NCBI GenBank assembly: GCA_963732385.1
Contig: CAVSZB010000007.1
Location: 512,001 to 576,000, forward strand
Length of the DNA stretch: 64,000 nucleotides
DNA from: an uncultured bacterium
GTDB lineage: Bacteria; Krumholzibacteriota; Krumholzibacteriia; LZORAL124-64-63
Direction: 5' to 3'
This document shows positions 19,697 to 29,278 of this stretch, in pieces (positions within the stretch are counted from its first letter, which is position 1; each line of letters starts with the position of its first letter). The notes beneath the pieces were generated by a model, which was given only the letters and a program-made list of their open reading frames with translations, was not told the origin of the DNA and ran no database searches. Position numbers and translations under genes: made by a program.

Positions 19697-22198
19697 TCAG
19701 CCGGGTGGAACTCCTTCATGCGCGGCGTTCGCATCAACCGTGTCACGCGGCTCGACAGTGAAGCTGAGCCGCTCGTTGGCGGCCCCGATCACCAGGCGGC
19801 AATTGCTGCGCACCTCGCCCCGGAGCAGCTTCTCGCTGAGCGGATCCTCGACGTAGCGCTGGATCGCACGGCGCAACGGACGCGCTCCGTTGTCGGGGTC
19901 GAAGCCCACCGACGTCAGGAACTCCTTGGCTTCGGCCGTGAAGTCGAACTCGATTTCCAGGCTGGCCAGGCGTGAGTTCACGTCCCGCAGCAGGATCTCC
20001 ACGATCTGGCTCATGTGCCCGCGTTCGAGCGGCCGGAAGTAGATAACCTCGTCGATACGGTTGAGAAACTCGGGGCTGAAGGTCTTCTTGACGTCGCCGG
20101 AGATGCTCGTCTGGATCCGCCTCGCGGCGTTGTCGGCGGTGTCCGCTTCCGAATTGAACCCGAGCCCGCTGCTCGCCTTGGCATGACGGCCGCCGACATT
20201 CGAGGTCATGATCAACACCGTGTTCTTGAAATCCACCGTGCGTCCGAAACTGTCGGTCAGGTTCCCGTCCTCGAGCACCTGGAGCAGGATGTTGAAGACA
20301 TCCGGGTGCGCCTTCTCGATCTCGTCCAGCAGGACCACGGAGTAGGGCTTGCGCCGCACCTTCTCGGTCAGCATGCCACCCTCGTCGTAGCCCACGTAGC
20401 CGGGCGGGGCGCCCACCAGGCGCGAGACCGAGAACTTCTCCATGTATTCCGACATGTCGACGCGGATCAGCGCGGCCTGGTCGCCGAACAGGAACTCCGT
20501 CAGGCGCCGCGCCACCTCGGTCTTGCCCACGCCCGTGGGACCGAGGAAGATGAAGGAGCCGATCGGACGCCGCGGATCGCGCAGTCCGGCCCGGTTGCGG
20601 CGGATGGCCTTCGATACGGCCTCGATCGCCTCCTCCTGGCCGATGATCCACTTGCGCAGATCATCCTCCATGCGCAGCAGCTTGCGCGTCTCCTCCTCCT
20701 CGACCTCCGCCACCGGGATACCAGTGATGTCGGAGATGACCCGGCAGATCATTGCCGTGTCCACCAGGGCGACCTGGTCGCTCTTCTCCTCGCTCCAGCT
20801 CTTCTTCAGATCGGCCAGTTTGCGCTTGAGCTCCTTCTCTTCATCACGGCAACGAGCCGCCTTCTCGAACTCCTGCGCCTGGATGCACGACTCCTTCTCC
20901 TTGATGACCTCCTCGACCCGCTTCTCGATCTCGCGCAGGTCGGGCGGGATTACGGACATGGACAGCCTGGCCCGGGAACCGGCCTCGTCGATCACGTCGA
21001 TGGCCTTGTCAGGCAGGGCCCGACCGGAAATATAGCGGTTGGACAGGAACACCGCGGACCGGACCGCGTCGTCCTGGTACTTCACGCGATGATGCGCCTC
21101 GTAGCGGTCCCGCAGACCGAAGAGGATCTCGGTAGTTTCGGCCTCGCTCGGCGGGTTCACGATGATCGGCTGGAAGCGGCGCTCGAGCGCGCCGTCCTTC
21201 TCGATGAATTTGCGGTACTCGTCGAGTGTGGTGGCGCCGATGCACTGCATCTCTCCGCGCGACAGCGCCGGCTTCAGCATGTTCGAGGCGTCGATAGCAC
21301 CCTCGGCCCCGCCGGCTCCCACGATCGTGTGCAGTTCGTCGATGAACAGGATGATATAATCCGACTCGCGTATCTCCTGCATGATCTGCTTGAGCCGTTC
21401 CTCGAACTGGCCGCGGTATTTTGTGCCGGCGACAACGCTCGCGAGATCGAGGGTGATGATCTCCTTCTCGCGCAACGGACCCGGCACGTGCCCCTCCACG
21501 ATGCGCGATGCGAGGCCCTCGGCTATGGCGGTCTTGCCGACGCCCGGCTCCCCGATCAGCACCGGATTGTTCTTCTTGCGCCGGCTGAGGATCTGGATGA
21601 CGCGCTCGATTTCCTTGTCGCGTCCGATGGTCGGATCGAGCACCCCCTCGCGGGCCATCTGGGTCAGGTTGCGACCGAACTGGTCGAGGATCGGCGTCTC
21701 CTTCTTGGCCGACTTGCCGTTCCTCTTGCTGGCGACCGGCGCGGACGGTTGGCCTCTCGCTCCCGATCCCAGCGCCTTCATGACCTCGCGCTTGACCTTT
21801 TCGTGATCCGCGCCGAGATCCGTCAGGACACGCGCCGCCACCCCATCGCCTTCCTTGATCAGGGCCAGCAGGAGATGCTCGGTGCCGACGTAGGTGTGAC
21901 CGTGCAGTTTCGCCTCGTCGATCGACAGTTCAAGCACACGCTTGGCGCGGGGCGTGAAGGGGATCTCGCCGATCGTGATCGCACCGCTCTGCGGCGTGAC
22001 GATTTCCTCGATCGCCCGCTGCATCTGCTCGAAGTCCACCGCCAGGCGCCGGAGGACCTGGGCCGCAACACCCTCCCCCTCCCTGATGATGCCGAGCAGA
22101 AGGTGCTCCGTGCCGATGTAGTCGTGCTGCATGCGTCCCGCTTCCTCGCGCGCGAGGAAGAGAACCTTGCGAACCCTCTGCGTGAAGCGATCGTTCAT
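19697..22198 (-). CDS. clpC: ATP-dependent Clp protease ATPase ClpC
   Basis: Two Clp-N repeats (GTEHLLL), Walker A GEPGVGKT and [11 protein letters not shown]-like middle domain (FEKAARCRD), LGF ClpP-docking loop. Confidence 0.96.
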   Translation of the reverse strand: MNDRFTQRVRKVLFLAREEAGRMQHDYIGTEHLLLGIIREGEGVAAQVLRRLAVDFEQMQRAIEEIVTPQSGAITIGEIPFTPRAKRVLELSIDEAKLHGHTYVGTEHLLLALIKEGDGVAARVLTDLGADHEKVKREVMKALGSGARGQPSAPVASKRNGKSAKKETPILDQFGRNLTQMAREGVLDPTIGRDKEIERVIQILSRRKKNNPVLIGEPGVGKTAIAEGLASRIVEGHVPGPLREKEIITLDLASVVAGTKYRGQFEERLKQIMQEIRESDYIILFIDELHTIVGAGGAEGAIDASNMLKPALSRGEMQCIGATTLDEYRKFIEKDGALERRFQPIIVNPPSEAETTEILFGLRDRYEAHHRVKYQDDAVRSAVFLSNRYISGRALPDKAIDVIDEAGSRARLSMSVIPPDLREIEKRVEEVIKEKESCIQAQEFEKAARCRDEEKELKRKLADLKKSWSEEKSDQVALVDTAMICRVISDITGIPVAEVEEEETRKLLRMEDDLRKWIIGQEEAIEAVSKAIRRNRAGLRDPRRPIGSFIFLGPTGVGKTEVARRLTEFLFGDQAALIRVDMSEYMEKFSVSRLVGAPPGYVGYDEGGMLTEKVRRKPYSVVLLDEIEKAHPDVFNILLQVLEDGNLTDSFGRTVDFKNTVLIMTSNVGGRHAKASSGLGFNSEADTADNAARRIQTSISGDVKKTFSPEFLNRIDEVIYFRPLERGHMSQIVEILLRDVNSRLASLEIEFDFTAEAKEFLTSVGFDPDNGARPLRRAIQRYVEDPLSEKLLRGEVRSNCRLVIGAANERLSFTVEPRDTVDANAAHEGVPPG

Positions 22199-22330
22199 GA
22201 TCCGGCGCCTCCGTTCGCGACGGGCGAGCCGGCGGCGACAGAAAGCCGCTCACCCCGCACGTATGCGCGCAATATACGCAGACCCCCACGGCCACGCCAG
22301 CGCGGCCCACGGGTCGGGAACCTGCGGTTA

Positions 22331-22358
22331 TCATCGCGCCGCCGGCGTCCGGCTTGAG
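22331..22358 (-). promoter_or_regulatory. sigma-28-like promoter motif upstream of clpC
   Basis: CTCAAG-N14-CGCGATGA in the mcsB-clpC intergenic region. Confidence 0.5.
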
Positions 22359-22369
22359 TGCAAACCGCG

Positions 22370-23416
22370 TCAGGCGAAAAGCTTGCGCAGATACGCGGCG
22401 CGCGCGGCCGCGCGTTCGCGGCCCTTGATGGCGGCGCCAGCGCTCACCTGCACGTGGGCCGGCTGCATTTCCACCAGCGCCCGGTTGAGCTGCCCCATCG
22501 GCAGCGGTGGCAGGACGCCGAGGCAGACGCCGAGCCGCACGTGGGAAAGACGGTCGAACGCCTCGGTGGAGGTCATCAGCCAGGCTCCCCGCACCGTGCC
22601 GAAGGCACGGTGCGCCATGTCGCGCACACCATCGGGGTCGCGCTCGAACAGCCCGTCACGCGCCAGCTTCTCGTAATGGATGACCTTGGACACGTGCCGC
22701 GTGAAATCGTTCGTGATCGTCTCTTCGCTGCGCCCGAGCGTGCCCATGTTCGAGATCTGGAACAACGCGCCGCGCACAGCGCTCCCCTCCCCGAACAGGC
22801 CACGCACCGTGAACTGAAGCTGTCGCAATGAATTGAGGATTTTCTCGATCTCGTTCGTGAGCACGAGTGCCGGCAGGTGGATAAGCACGGAAATCCTGAA
22901 AGCCGTGCCCACATTGGTCGGGCAGGCGGTGAGATAGCCGAATTCATCCGACCAGGCGAAATCCAGCACATCCTCCAGTTCCCCGTCCAGCGCGAGCGCG
23001 TCCCCGCAGGTGGCCACCGGATCGAATCCGGGCCGAAACACCTGCACCCGCAGATGGTCCTCCTCATTGACCATGACCACCCGGCGCAGATCCGTCGAGA
23101 ACAGCAACCCCCGGTGGCGGGAATCGCGCACCAGATCGGGACTCGCCAAATGACTCTCCAGCAGGAACTTGCGTTCATGGGCGCGGCAATCGGCCAGCGC
23201 CAGATCCCCTCCGGCCATGAAGGACGGTCGATCCAGAATCCGCCGTCCTGCCTCCTGGCGGATCGCAGCCAGTTCGGCTTCGCCGGCGTGATGCGTGAAG
23301 TGGCGCCCGCGCAGATTGCGCGCCAGACGGACCCTGGTGGAGATGACGATCTGTCCGTAGGGCCCCGACCCGTCCAGCCAGACCGGCTCGCGGCCGGAGA
23401 TGTCGGCGAACGACAT
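22370..23416 (-). CDS. mcsB: Protein arginine kinase McsB
   Basis: ISTRVRLARN, NEEDHLR, YLTACPTNVGT and VRGLFGEGS motifs. Confidence 0.93.
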   Translation of the reverse strand: MSFADISGREPVWLDGSGPYGQIVISTRVRLARNLRGRHFTHHAGEAELAAIRQEAGRRILDRPSFMAGGDLALADCRAHERKFLLESHLASPDLVRDSRHRGLLFSTDLRRVVMVNEEDHLRVQVFRPGFDPVATCGDALALDGELEDVLDFAWSDEFGYLTACPTNVGTAFRISVLIHLPALVLTNEIEKILNSLRQLQFTVRGLFGEGSAVRGALFQISNMGTLGRSEETITNDFTRHVSKVIHYEKLARDGLFERDPDGVRDMAHRAFGTVRGAWLMTSTEAFDRLSHVRLGVCLGVLPPLPMGQLNRALVEMQPAHVQVSAGAAIKGRERAAARAAYLRKLFA

Positions 23417-23998
23417 TTATGCCTCCTCGCGCGGGGGGCCGGACGGCCCGTCCCCGCCGGCGGTGTCGGCGCTGCGATCGAGCGACTCGGTGAGCCGCTC
23501 CTGCTGCCGGATCACGTCGCGCAGCCGGGCCGCCTCCTCGTAGCTCTCATGGCCCACCGCCTGTTCGAGCCGCGCCTTCAATTGCGCGATCTCGCGCTGC
23601 AGCGCGGCACGCGGACCATGCGCGCGCGGCAGCTTGCCCACGTGGCTCACGTCCCCGTGGAAGCGACGTAGCATCGGCAGCAGCTGGCGACGGAAAGCCA
23701 CATAGCAGTCGGGGCAGCCGAGCATGCCGCTTGCCTGCAGCCGCCGGTACTCATACCCGCAGGTCGGGCAGGTCGGGCCCTCCGTCCCCCGCTCGCGTGC
23801 CCGCTCCTGTGGCGCGGACTTGAGCATCTCGCCGAGGAAGGCATCGAGCGCACCGTGCACAGCCGTGGCGTCTTCGCCAGGCGCGATCCCTTCCCGGTCC
23901 GCGCACTCGTGGCAGAGCCACTGGCTCGTCTTCTGCCCCTCGATGATCTCGATGTAGTGGATCGTCGCCTCGCGCTCGCCGCAGATGTGGCATTTCAC
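23417..23998 (-). CDS. mcsA: McsA activator (CxxC + UVR domain)
   Basis: CHIC, CHEC, CPTC and GCPDCY motifs, HVGKLP, YEEAARLRD. Confidence 0.93.
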   Translation of the reverse strand: MKCHICGEREATIHYIEIIEGQKTSQWLCHECADREGIAPGEDATAVHGALDAFLGEMLKSAPQERARERGTEGPTCPTCGYEYRRLQASGMLGCPDCYVAFRRQLLPMLRRFHGDVSHVGKLPRAHGPRAALQREIAQLKARLEQAVGHESYEEAARLRDVIRQQERLTESLDRSADTAGGDGPSGPPREEA

Positions 23999-24696
23999 AA
24001 TGTCCGCCCCTCTCCCGCCGCCCCGACCGGCACCAGCCTGCCGTCGCCCAGCAACAGCGTACGATCCGCCTTCGCCGCGAGGCTGCGGTCATGTGTGACG
24101 ATCACCAGGGCCGTGCCCTCCCGCGCGCGCAATTCGAACAGCAGGCGGCTCAGATCCTCGCCCTTGGCGCGGTCGAGGTTGCCGAACGGCTCATCCGCCA
24201 GCACGGCGCCCGGCCGGTTCATGAACGCCCGCGCCACCGCCACCCGCTGCTGCTCGCCCCCCGACAACTCACCGGGGAGATGATCCGAGCGCCCGGTCAG
24301 ACCGAGCGCGTCGAGCAGTCCCGCGGCCCTGGACCGGGCCGCCGCATCGAGGGGACCGGACATGCGCGCCGGCAGCAGCACGTTCTCCAGGGCGGTGAAA
24401 TCGGGCAGCAGGAAATGCGACTGGAATACGAACCCGAGCTCACGGTTGCGCCAGGCCGCCAGGCGGTCGCCGCGACGGGCGAGTTCACATCCGCGGTGCA
24501 GCACCATCCCGGCCGTCGGCGCGTCGAGTCCCCCGAGCACGTTAAGCAGCGTGCTCTTGCCCGCGCCGCTCGGGCCGGTGATCGCGACCGCCTCGCCCGA
24601 AGCGAGCGTAAAGTCACACTGCGCCAGGACGCAGACCTCGCCCTGCCGCCGCCGGTAGATCTTGCCCACGCCCCGCGCCTCGAGCAGAGGCTCCAC
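23995..24696 (-). CDS. lolD: Lipoprotein-releasing ABC transporter ATPase
   Basis: GPSGAGKST, GFVFQSHFLLPDFTALENV, LSGGEQQR and DEPFGNLD; GTG 24696 after GGGAGG. Confidence 0.88.
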   Translation of the reverse strand: MEPLLEARGVGKIYRRRQGEVCVLAQCDFTLASGEAVAITGPSGAGKSTLLNVLGGLDAPTAGMVLHRGCELARRGDRLAAWRNRELGFVFQSHFLLPDFTALENVLLPARMSGPLDAAARSRAAGLLDALGLTGRSDHLPGELSGGEQQRVAVARAFMNRPGAVLADEPFGNLDRAKGEDLSRLLFELRAREGTALVIVTHDRSLAAKADRTLLLGDGRLVPVGAAGEGRTL

Positions 24697-24707
24697 GACG
24701 CCTCCCG

Positions 24708-25958
24708 TCAGTTCCAGCGGATGATCTCCATCGGCCGCAGCCGCGCCGCCTCGCGACTCGGCCAGAGCGTGGCGAGCAGCGTGATGGCCAGCGCCGCACC
24801 CGCCACCGTGAGGAAGTCGCCAGCCTGCGCCACAGCCGGTACCCGGTCCACGAAGTAGACATCGCCCGGGAGCCGGAACCCGACCCGATCCAGGTAGAGG
24901 AAACCGAGATACCCCGCCAGGCTGCCCACGACGGTGCCGACCGCCCCGATCGCCAGCCCCTGCAGCACGAAGAGACCCTGCACCTGTGAGCTGCGCGCCC
25001 CCATGGCCAGCAGGATGCCGATCTCCCGGCCGCGCTCGCCCACCATCATGGTCAGGATGCCGATGATGTTGAACGCCGCCACCAGGATGATCAGACCCAG
25101 CAGGATGAACATGACCACCTTCTCGATCTTGATCCACTCGAATAGGTTCCGGTTGAGGGCGACCCAGTCGGTGGCACGGACGCGCTGCGCCCCCAACCGC
25201 GCCTCGATCGCCTGGGCGATCCGCGGCGCCGCAAGCATGTCGCCGACCCGCACCCCGATGCCGCTCGCTCCCTGCGGCCCATACCCGAATGCGGCGCGCG
25301 CCGCCTCGAGGGGGAGATAGACAAAGCGGCTGTCGAACTCGTACATGCCGGTCTCGAGGAACCCCTTCACCACGCAGGGTCGGCTCTGCGCCCGCAGGTC
25401 GTTCAGATCGAGGTTCCCCGCCGGCGCCGTGACCAGGACGGTATCGCCCAGGCCGGCGTAGAGCGAGGTCGCCAGTTCGGCCCCGAGCACGACACCAGGC
25501 ACCGCACCGGCCTGACGCAGGCCGGCCAGCGCCAGATCGCGCGGCAGCAAATGCGCGCGCAGCGGGGTGACGGCGTCCTGCAGGTCGGGATCGATGCCCC
25601 ACACGACCGCCGCGCGGTGGCGCGCCGGCCCGCTCCGCCCGCGCACGCTGACGATCGCCTCCTGCCGCACGAACGGCGCCACGCCGGTCACGCCCGGCAA
25701 CGTGCCGATCGTGTCCATGACGGCACCGAGACGCGTGAAGCCGTCGACCTCGCCGGTGACGACCGTGATCATCGGCATGCTGTCCACGAAAGTGCGGCGC
25801 ACCTCGGCGTGGAAACCGTTCATGATCGCCAGCGTGAGGTCCAGCACCATCACACCAAGCGCGATGCCGGTGATCGCGGTGACCGTGACCCGGTTCAGGA
25901 AACGTGACCGGCGCCGACTGCGCAGATAGCGGCCGGCGATATAGGCCGCGAACCTCAT
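24708..25958 (-). CDS. Lipoprotein-releasing ABC transporter permease LolC/E
   Basis: IAGRYLR, AIMNGF, LVAAFNII and EIGILLAMGA motifs; adjacent to lolD. Confidence 0.9.
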   Translation of the reverse strand: MRFAAYIAGRYLRSRRRSRFLNRVTVTAITGIALGVMVLDLTLAIMNGFHAEVRRTFVDSMPMITVVTGEVDGFTRLGAVMDTIGTLPGVTGVAPFVRQEAIVSVRGRSGPARHRAAVVWGIDPDLQDAVTPLRAHLLPRDLALAGLRQAGAVPGVVLGAELATSLYAGLGDTVLVTAPAGNLDLNDLRAQSRPCVVKGFLETGMYEFDSRFVYLPLEAARAAFGYGPQGASGIGVRVGDMLAAPRIAQAIEARLGAQRVRATDWVALNRNLFEWIKIEKVVMFILLGLIILVAAFNIIGILTMMVGERGREIGILLAMGARSSQVQGLFVLQGLAIGAVGTVVGSLAGYLGFLYLDRVGFRLPGDVYFVDRVPAVAQAGDFLTVAGAALAITLLATLWPSREAARLRPMEIIRWN

Positions 25959-27511
25959 GGCGCGGCCTGGTCGTCACTGTCCCGAACCGCGCGCTCCTCG
26001 GCCCGCAGGTGCGGAAACAGCAGCACGTCGCGGATCGAGTTGCAGTCGCACAGCAGCATGACGAGCCGGTCGATCCCGACGCCGAGTCCCGCGGTGGGCG
26101 GCATGCCGTACTCGATCGCCTGCAGAAAGTCCTCGTCCAGCGGCTGCGCTTCATCGTCGCCCGCCGCCCGCAGCGTGGTCTGCGCCAGGAAGCGGCGGCG
26201 CTGTTCCGCGGGGTCGTTCAGTTCGGTGAAGGCATTGCCCACCTCGAAGCCGGCCATGAACGGCTCGAACCGCTCCACGAGTCCAGGCTCGCTCCGGTGC
26301 GCCTTCGCCAGGGGGCTCAACTCCTCCGGGTGGTCCATGACGAAGGTCGGCTGGATCAGGCCCGGCTCCACCCGGGCGCTGAACACCGCATCGAGGATCT
26401 TGCCGGCCCCCATGTCGGGCGACACCGGCACGCCGAGACTCCGGGCGTGCGCCGCCACCTCGTCGCGCAAAAGGCCGCGGAAGTCGATGCCGGTCGCTTC
26501 CCGCAGGCCGTCCAGAAAGCGCAATCTCCGGAAGCCTCCCCGCAGGTCGATCTCCTGGCCACCGTAGACGATCTTGCCGTCCTGCCCGAACCGCTCGCCC
26601 AGCAGCGCGAAAAGCCGCTCCACCAGGGCCATCATGTCGGTGTAGTCCCAATAGGCCGCGTAGCACTCCATCATGGTGAACTCGGGGTTGTGGGTGCGGT
26701 CCATCCCCTCGTTCCGGAAATCCTTGCCGATCTCAAAGACCCGCTCGAAGCCCCCCACGATGACACGCTTCAGGTACAGTTCGTCGGCGATGCGCAGGTA
26801 CAGGGTAGAGTCGAGGGCGTTGTGATGCGTGGTGAAAGGCCTCGCGGTGGCGCCCCCGTAGATCGGCTGCAGAGATGGCGTTTCGACCTCCAGGAACCCC
26901 TCGTCGACCAGGAAGCGCCGCACCGTGTCGATGATCGCGGACCGCCGGCGGAAGCGCGCGCGGGTGTCGAGGTTCATGGCGAGATCGAGATACCGCCGGC
27001 GCGTGCGCAGCTCGACCCCCATTTCGTGCCACTTCTCCGGCAGAGGCCGTAGCGCCTTGGCCAGCAGTTCGCACCGGGCTCCGTGCACCGTCAACTCGCC
27101 GGTGCGGGTCCGGAAGAGGGTTCCTTCCACCCCGATGAGATCCCCTGCATCGAGCAGTCTGGCGACGCGCCGGAAGCCGTCATCGCCCAGTTCGTCGCGC
27201 CGGAAATAGGCCTGGATCGCGCCGGCGCCATCGTGCATCGGCAGGAACACCGTCTTGCCCATCAGGCGTTTGGCCATGACGCGGCCGGCGATCCTGACGA
27301 TCGTGGCGCCGGCGGTTAATTCCGCCTCTCCGGCGCGCAGCTGTGCGCTGTCGTGCGTCCGTTCGTAGCTGTGCGGATAAGGGGGCGCAGCCGCGGCGAG
27401 TTCCGCCAGTTTGGCCTGCCGCTCGGCGATCAGCCGGTGGGTTTCCGCCGCAGCCGCCGCGGCATCCGGCGGCGGAGGGGTGCCGGGCTGCCGGTCGTCG
27501 TCGTGCGCCAA
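25955..27511 (-). CDS. lysS: Lysine--tRNA ligase (class II)
   Basis: YGGATARPFTTHHN, YLRIADELYLKR, FRNEG, HNPEFT and YGMPPTAGLGVGIDRL; TTG start after GAGGAG. Confidence 0.97.
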   Translation of the reverse strand: MAHDDDRQPGTPPPPDAAAAAAETHRLIAERQAKLAELAAAAPPYPHSYERTHDSAQLRAGEAELTAGATIVRIAGRVMAKRLMGKTVFLPMHDGAGAIQAYFRRDELGDDGFRRVARLLDAGDLIGVEGTLFRTRTGELTVHGARCELLAKALRPLPEKWHEMGVELRTRRRYLDLAMNLDTRARFRRRSAIIDTVRRFLVDEGFLEVETPSLQPIYGGATARPFTTHHNALDSTLYLRIADELYLKRVIVGGFERVFEIGKDFRNEGMDRTHNPEFTMMECYAAYWDYTDMMALVERLFALLGERFGQDGKIVYGGQEIDLRGGFRRLRFLDGLREATGIDFRGLLRDEVAAHARSLGVPVSPDMGAGKILDAVFSARVEPGLIQPTFVMDHPEELSPLAKAHRSEPGLVERFEPFMAGFEVGNAFTELNDPAEQRRRFLAQTTLRAAGDDEAQPLDEDFLQAIEYGMPPTAGLGVGIDRLVMLLCDCNSIRDVLLFPHLRAEERAVRDSDDQAAP

Positions 27512-27547
27512 GGTCTCTCCTCGTCGTTCGGGGCCGTCGGGCCGGGA

Positions 27548-28655
27548 TTAGCGGCCGGTCGCCTGACTGGTGGCCCGCAGATAGGCGTCGATGCACGCCT
27601 CGATCTCCCCGTCCAGGAACGCGGTGGTGTTCGAGGTTTCCCAGTCGGTGCGGTGATCCTTGATCTTGGTGTAGGGCTGCAGGACATAGGAACGGATCTG
27701 GCTCCCCCAGGCGATGTCCTTCTTCTCGTTCTCGATCACGTCCCGTTTCTTCTTTTCCTCATCGAGGGCGCGCATGTAGAGGCGGGCCCGCAGCATCTTC
27801 ATGGCGCTGTCGCGGTTGCGGTGCTGCGACCGCTCCGACTGGCACTGGACAGTGATGTTGGTCGGCAGATGGACGATCCGGATGGCAGAACTGGTCTTGT
27901 TGACGTGCTGTCCCCCCGCCCCGCTGGCGCGGAACGTGTCGACCCGCAGGTCGGATTCGTTGATCTCGACTTCGATGTCGCCCTCCACCAGCGGATAGAC
28001 GAACACCGACGCAAAGGAGGTGTGGCGTCGCGCCTGTGCATCGTAGGGTGAAATGCGCACCAGACGGTGCACGCCCGACTCGCTCTTGAGGTAGCCGAAG
28101 GCGAACTCGGAGTCGATCTCGAGCGCGGCGCTCTTGATGCCGGCCTCATCGCCCGCCTGCAGGTCGATCGCCTCGAATTTCATTCCCTGGCGCTCGAAGT
28201 AGCGCGTGTACATGCGCAGCAGCATCTCCGCCCAGTCCTGCGACTCGGTACCGCCGGCGCCGGGGTGGATCTCGAGGAGGGCGCCGCGGCTATCGTCCGG
28301 GCCGTGGAGCAGGAACTGGAACTCCAGTCGATCCAGACGTCCGGACAGTTCCTCCAGGCCGCCTGCGGTCTCCTCCGCCAGGGCCTCGTCCGCTTCGTCG
28401 CGGGCCAGTTCGGCCATCACCCCCAACTCCTCGAGTCGGCCCGCGGCGGCCACCAGCGGGTCGAGCCAGCGACGCAGTTCGCCCATCCGCCGCACGACTT
28501 CGCCGGCGGTATCGCGCGCGGTCCAGAATTCGGGACGGTTCTGGGTTTCCGTCAGACGGTCCAGTTCGGCCCGCAGCGTGGGGACGTCAAAGCCCCTCCA
28601 TGAGCAGGTCGAGGCGCCGCCCCAGTTCGTCCCGCCGCGAAAAGTTCTCTTTCAT
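27548..28655 (-). CDS. prfB: Peptide chain release factor 2, expressed via programmed +1 frameshift (join 28655-28590, 28588-27548)
   Basis: ORF0 MKENFSRRDELGRRLDLLMEGL ends in CTT TGA C; the +1 frame continues DVPTLRAELDRL...PEFW and contains GGTESQDW, SPY and GGQHVN. Confidence 0.95.
28586..28600 (-). other. prfB +1 frameshift site with internal SD-like element
   Basis: Minus strand TGGAGGGG-CTT-TGA-C. Confidence 0.92.
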
Positions 28656-29278
28656 CCGTTCGTCCTCCCCGGTCCGCCGCCCGCCAGGGGCAGCCTTTCC
28701 GCTAACAGCCGGTCCAGCACCGCCGCCAGCTCCCCGACCCCCCGCTCGTTCGTGATGGTAACGTCGGCGCGGGCCCACGACGCGGCCAGATGTCCCTGTG
28801 CCGCCAGCCGTCGTCGCGCCGCGGCCTCGTCCCTGTCTCCCCCGGCCAGCAACCGGCGCAGCCGCAGTTCGGGGTCGGCCGTCACGCAGATAGTCAGTTC
28901 GACGGGACCGAACGCAGGCAACAAAAAGTACACGGCGGCATCGAGGACGGCAAGACGCACCGTGCCCGCGGCCGCGGCATCGAGGGCCAGCCGCAGCTCC
29001 CGGGAGAGGCGCGGCAGGGTGATGGCGTCAAGCCGGCCCAGCGCGTCCGGATCGGCAAAGACCACCCGGCCAAGGGCTGCGCGATCCACAGCGCCGCCGC
29101 ACAGGACCGACGGACCGAACGTGGCGCCCACCGCCGCGGCGATCACGGGGTCGCGCAGCAGCGCATGACCGCAGGCATCGCCATCGACCACCGCGGCGCC
29201 ACGCGCCGCGAGCAACTGCGCCGCGAGGGACTTGCCGGCCCCGGTCGGCCCGGTGATCACCCAGCGGGGGGCGCTCAT
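28652..29278 (-). CDS. coaE: Dephospho-CoA kinase
   Basis: ITGPTGAGKS, VDGDACGH, VDRAALGRVVFAD and ADVTITN motifs. Confidence 0.9.
   Translation of the reverse strand: MSAPRWVITGPTGAGKSLAAQLLAARGAAVVDGDACGHALLRDPVIAAAVGATFGPSVLCGGAVDRAALGRVVFADPDALGRLDAITLPRLSRELRLALDAAAAGTVRLAVLDAAVYFLLPAFGPVELTICVTADPELRLRRLLAGGDRDEAAARRRLAAQGHLAASWARADVTITNERGVGELAAVLDRLLAERLPLAGGGPGRTNG

Noticed and set aside
22356..22364. CIRCE-like half site (TTTGCACTC on the minus strand) upstream of clpC
   Set aside because: No second half site 9 nt away; the sequence is better explained as overlapping the sigma-28-like motif.
23995..26154. Apparent 719-aa lolD fusion, and similar N-terminal extensions (3600-5405, 58181-60340, 45459-46937)
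   Set aside because: The extensions are low-complexity alternate-frame readings of the upstream genes; better starts with RBS or stop-start overlaps exist.
27548..28655. prfB as a frameshifted pseudogene or sequencing error
   Set aside because: The break is the canonical CTT-TGA-C programmed frameshift.
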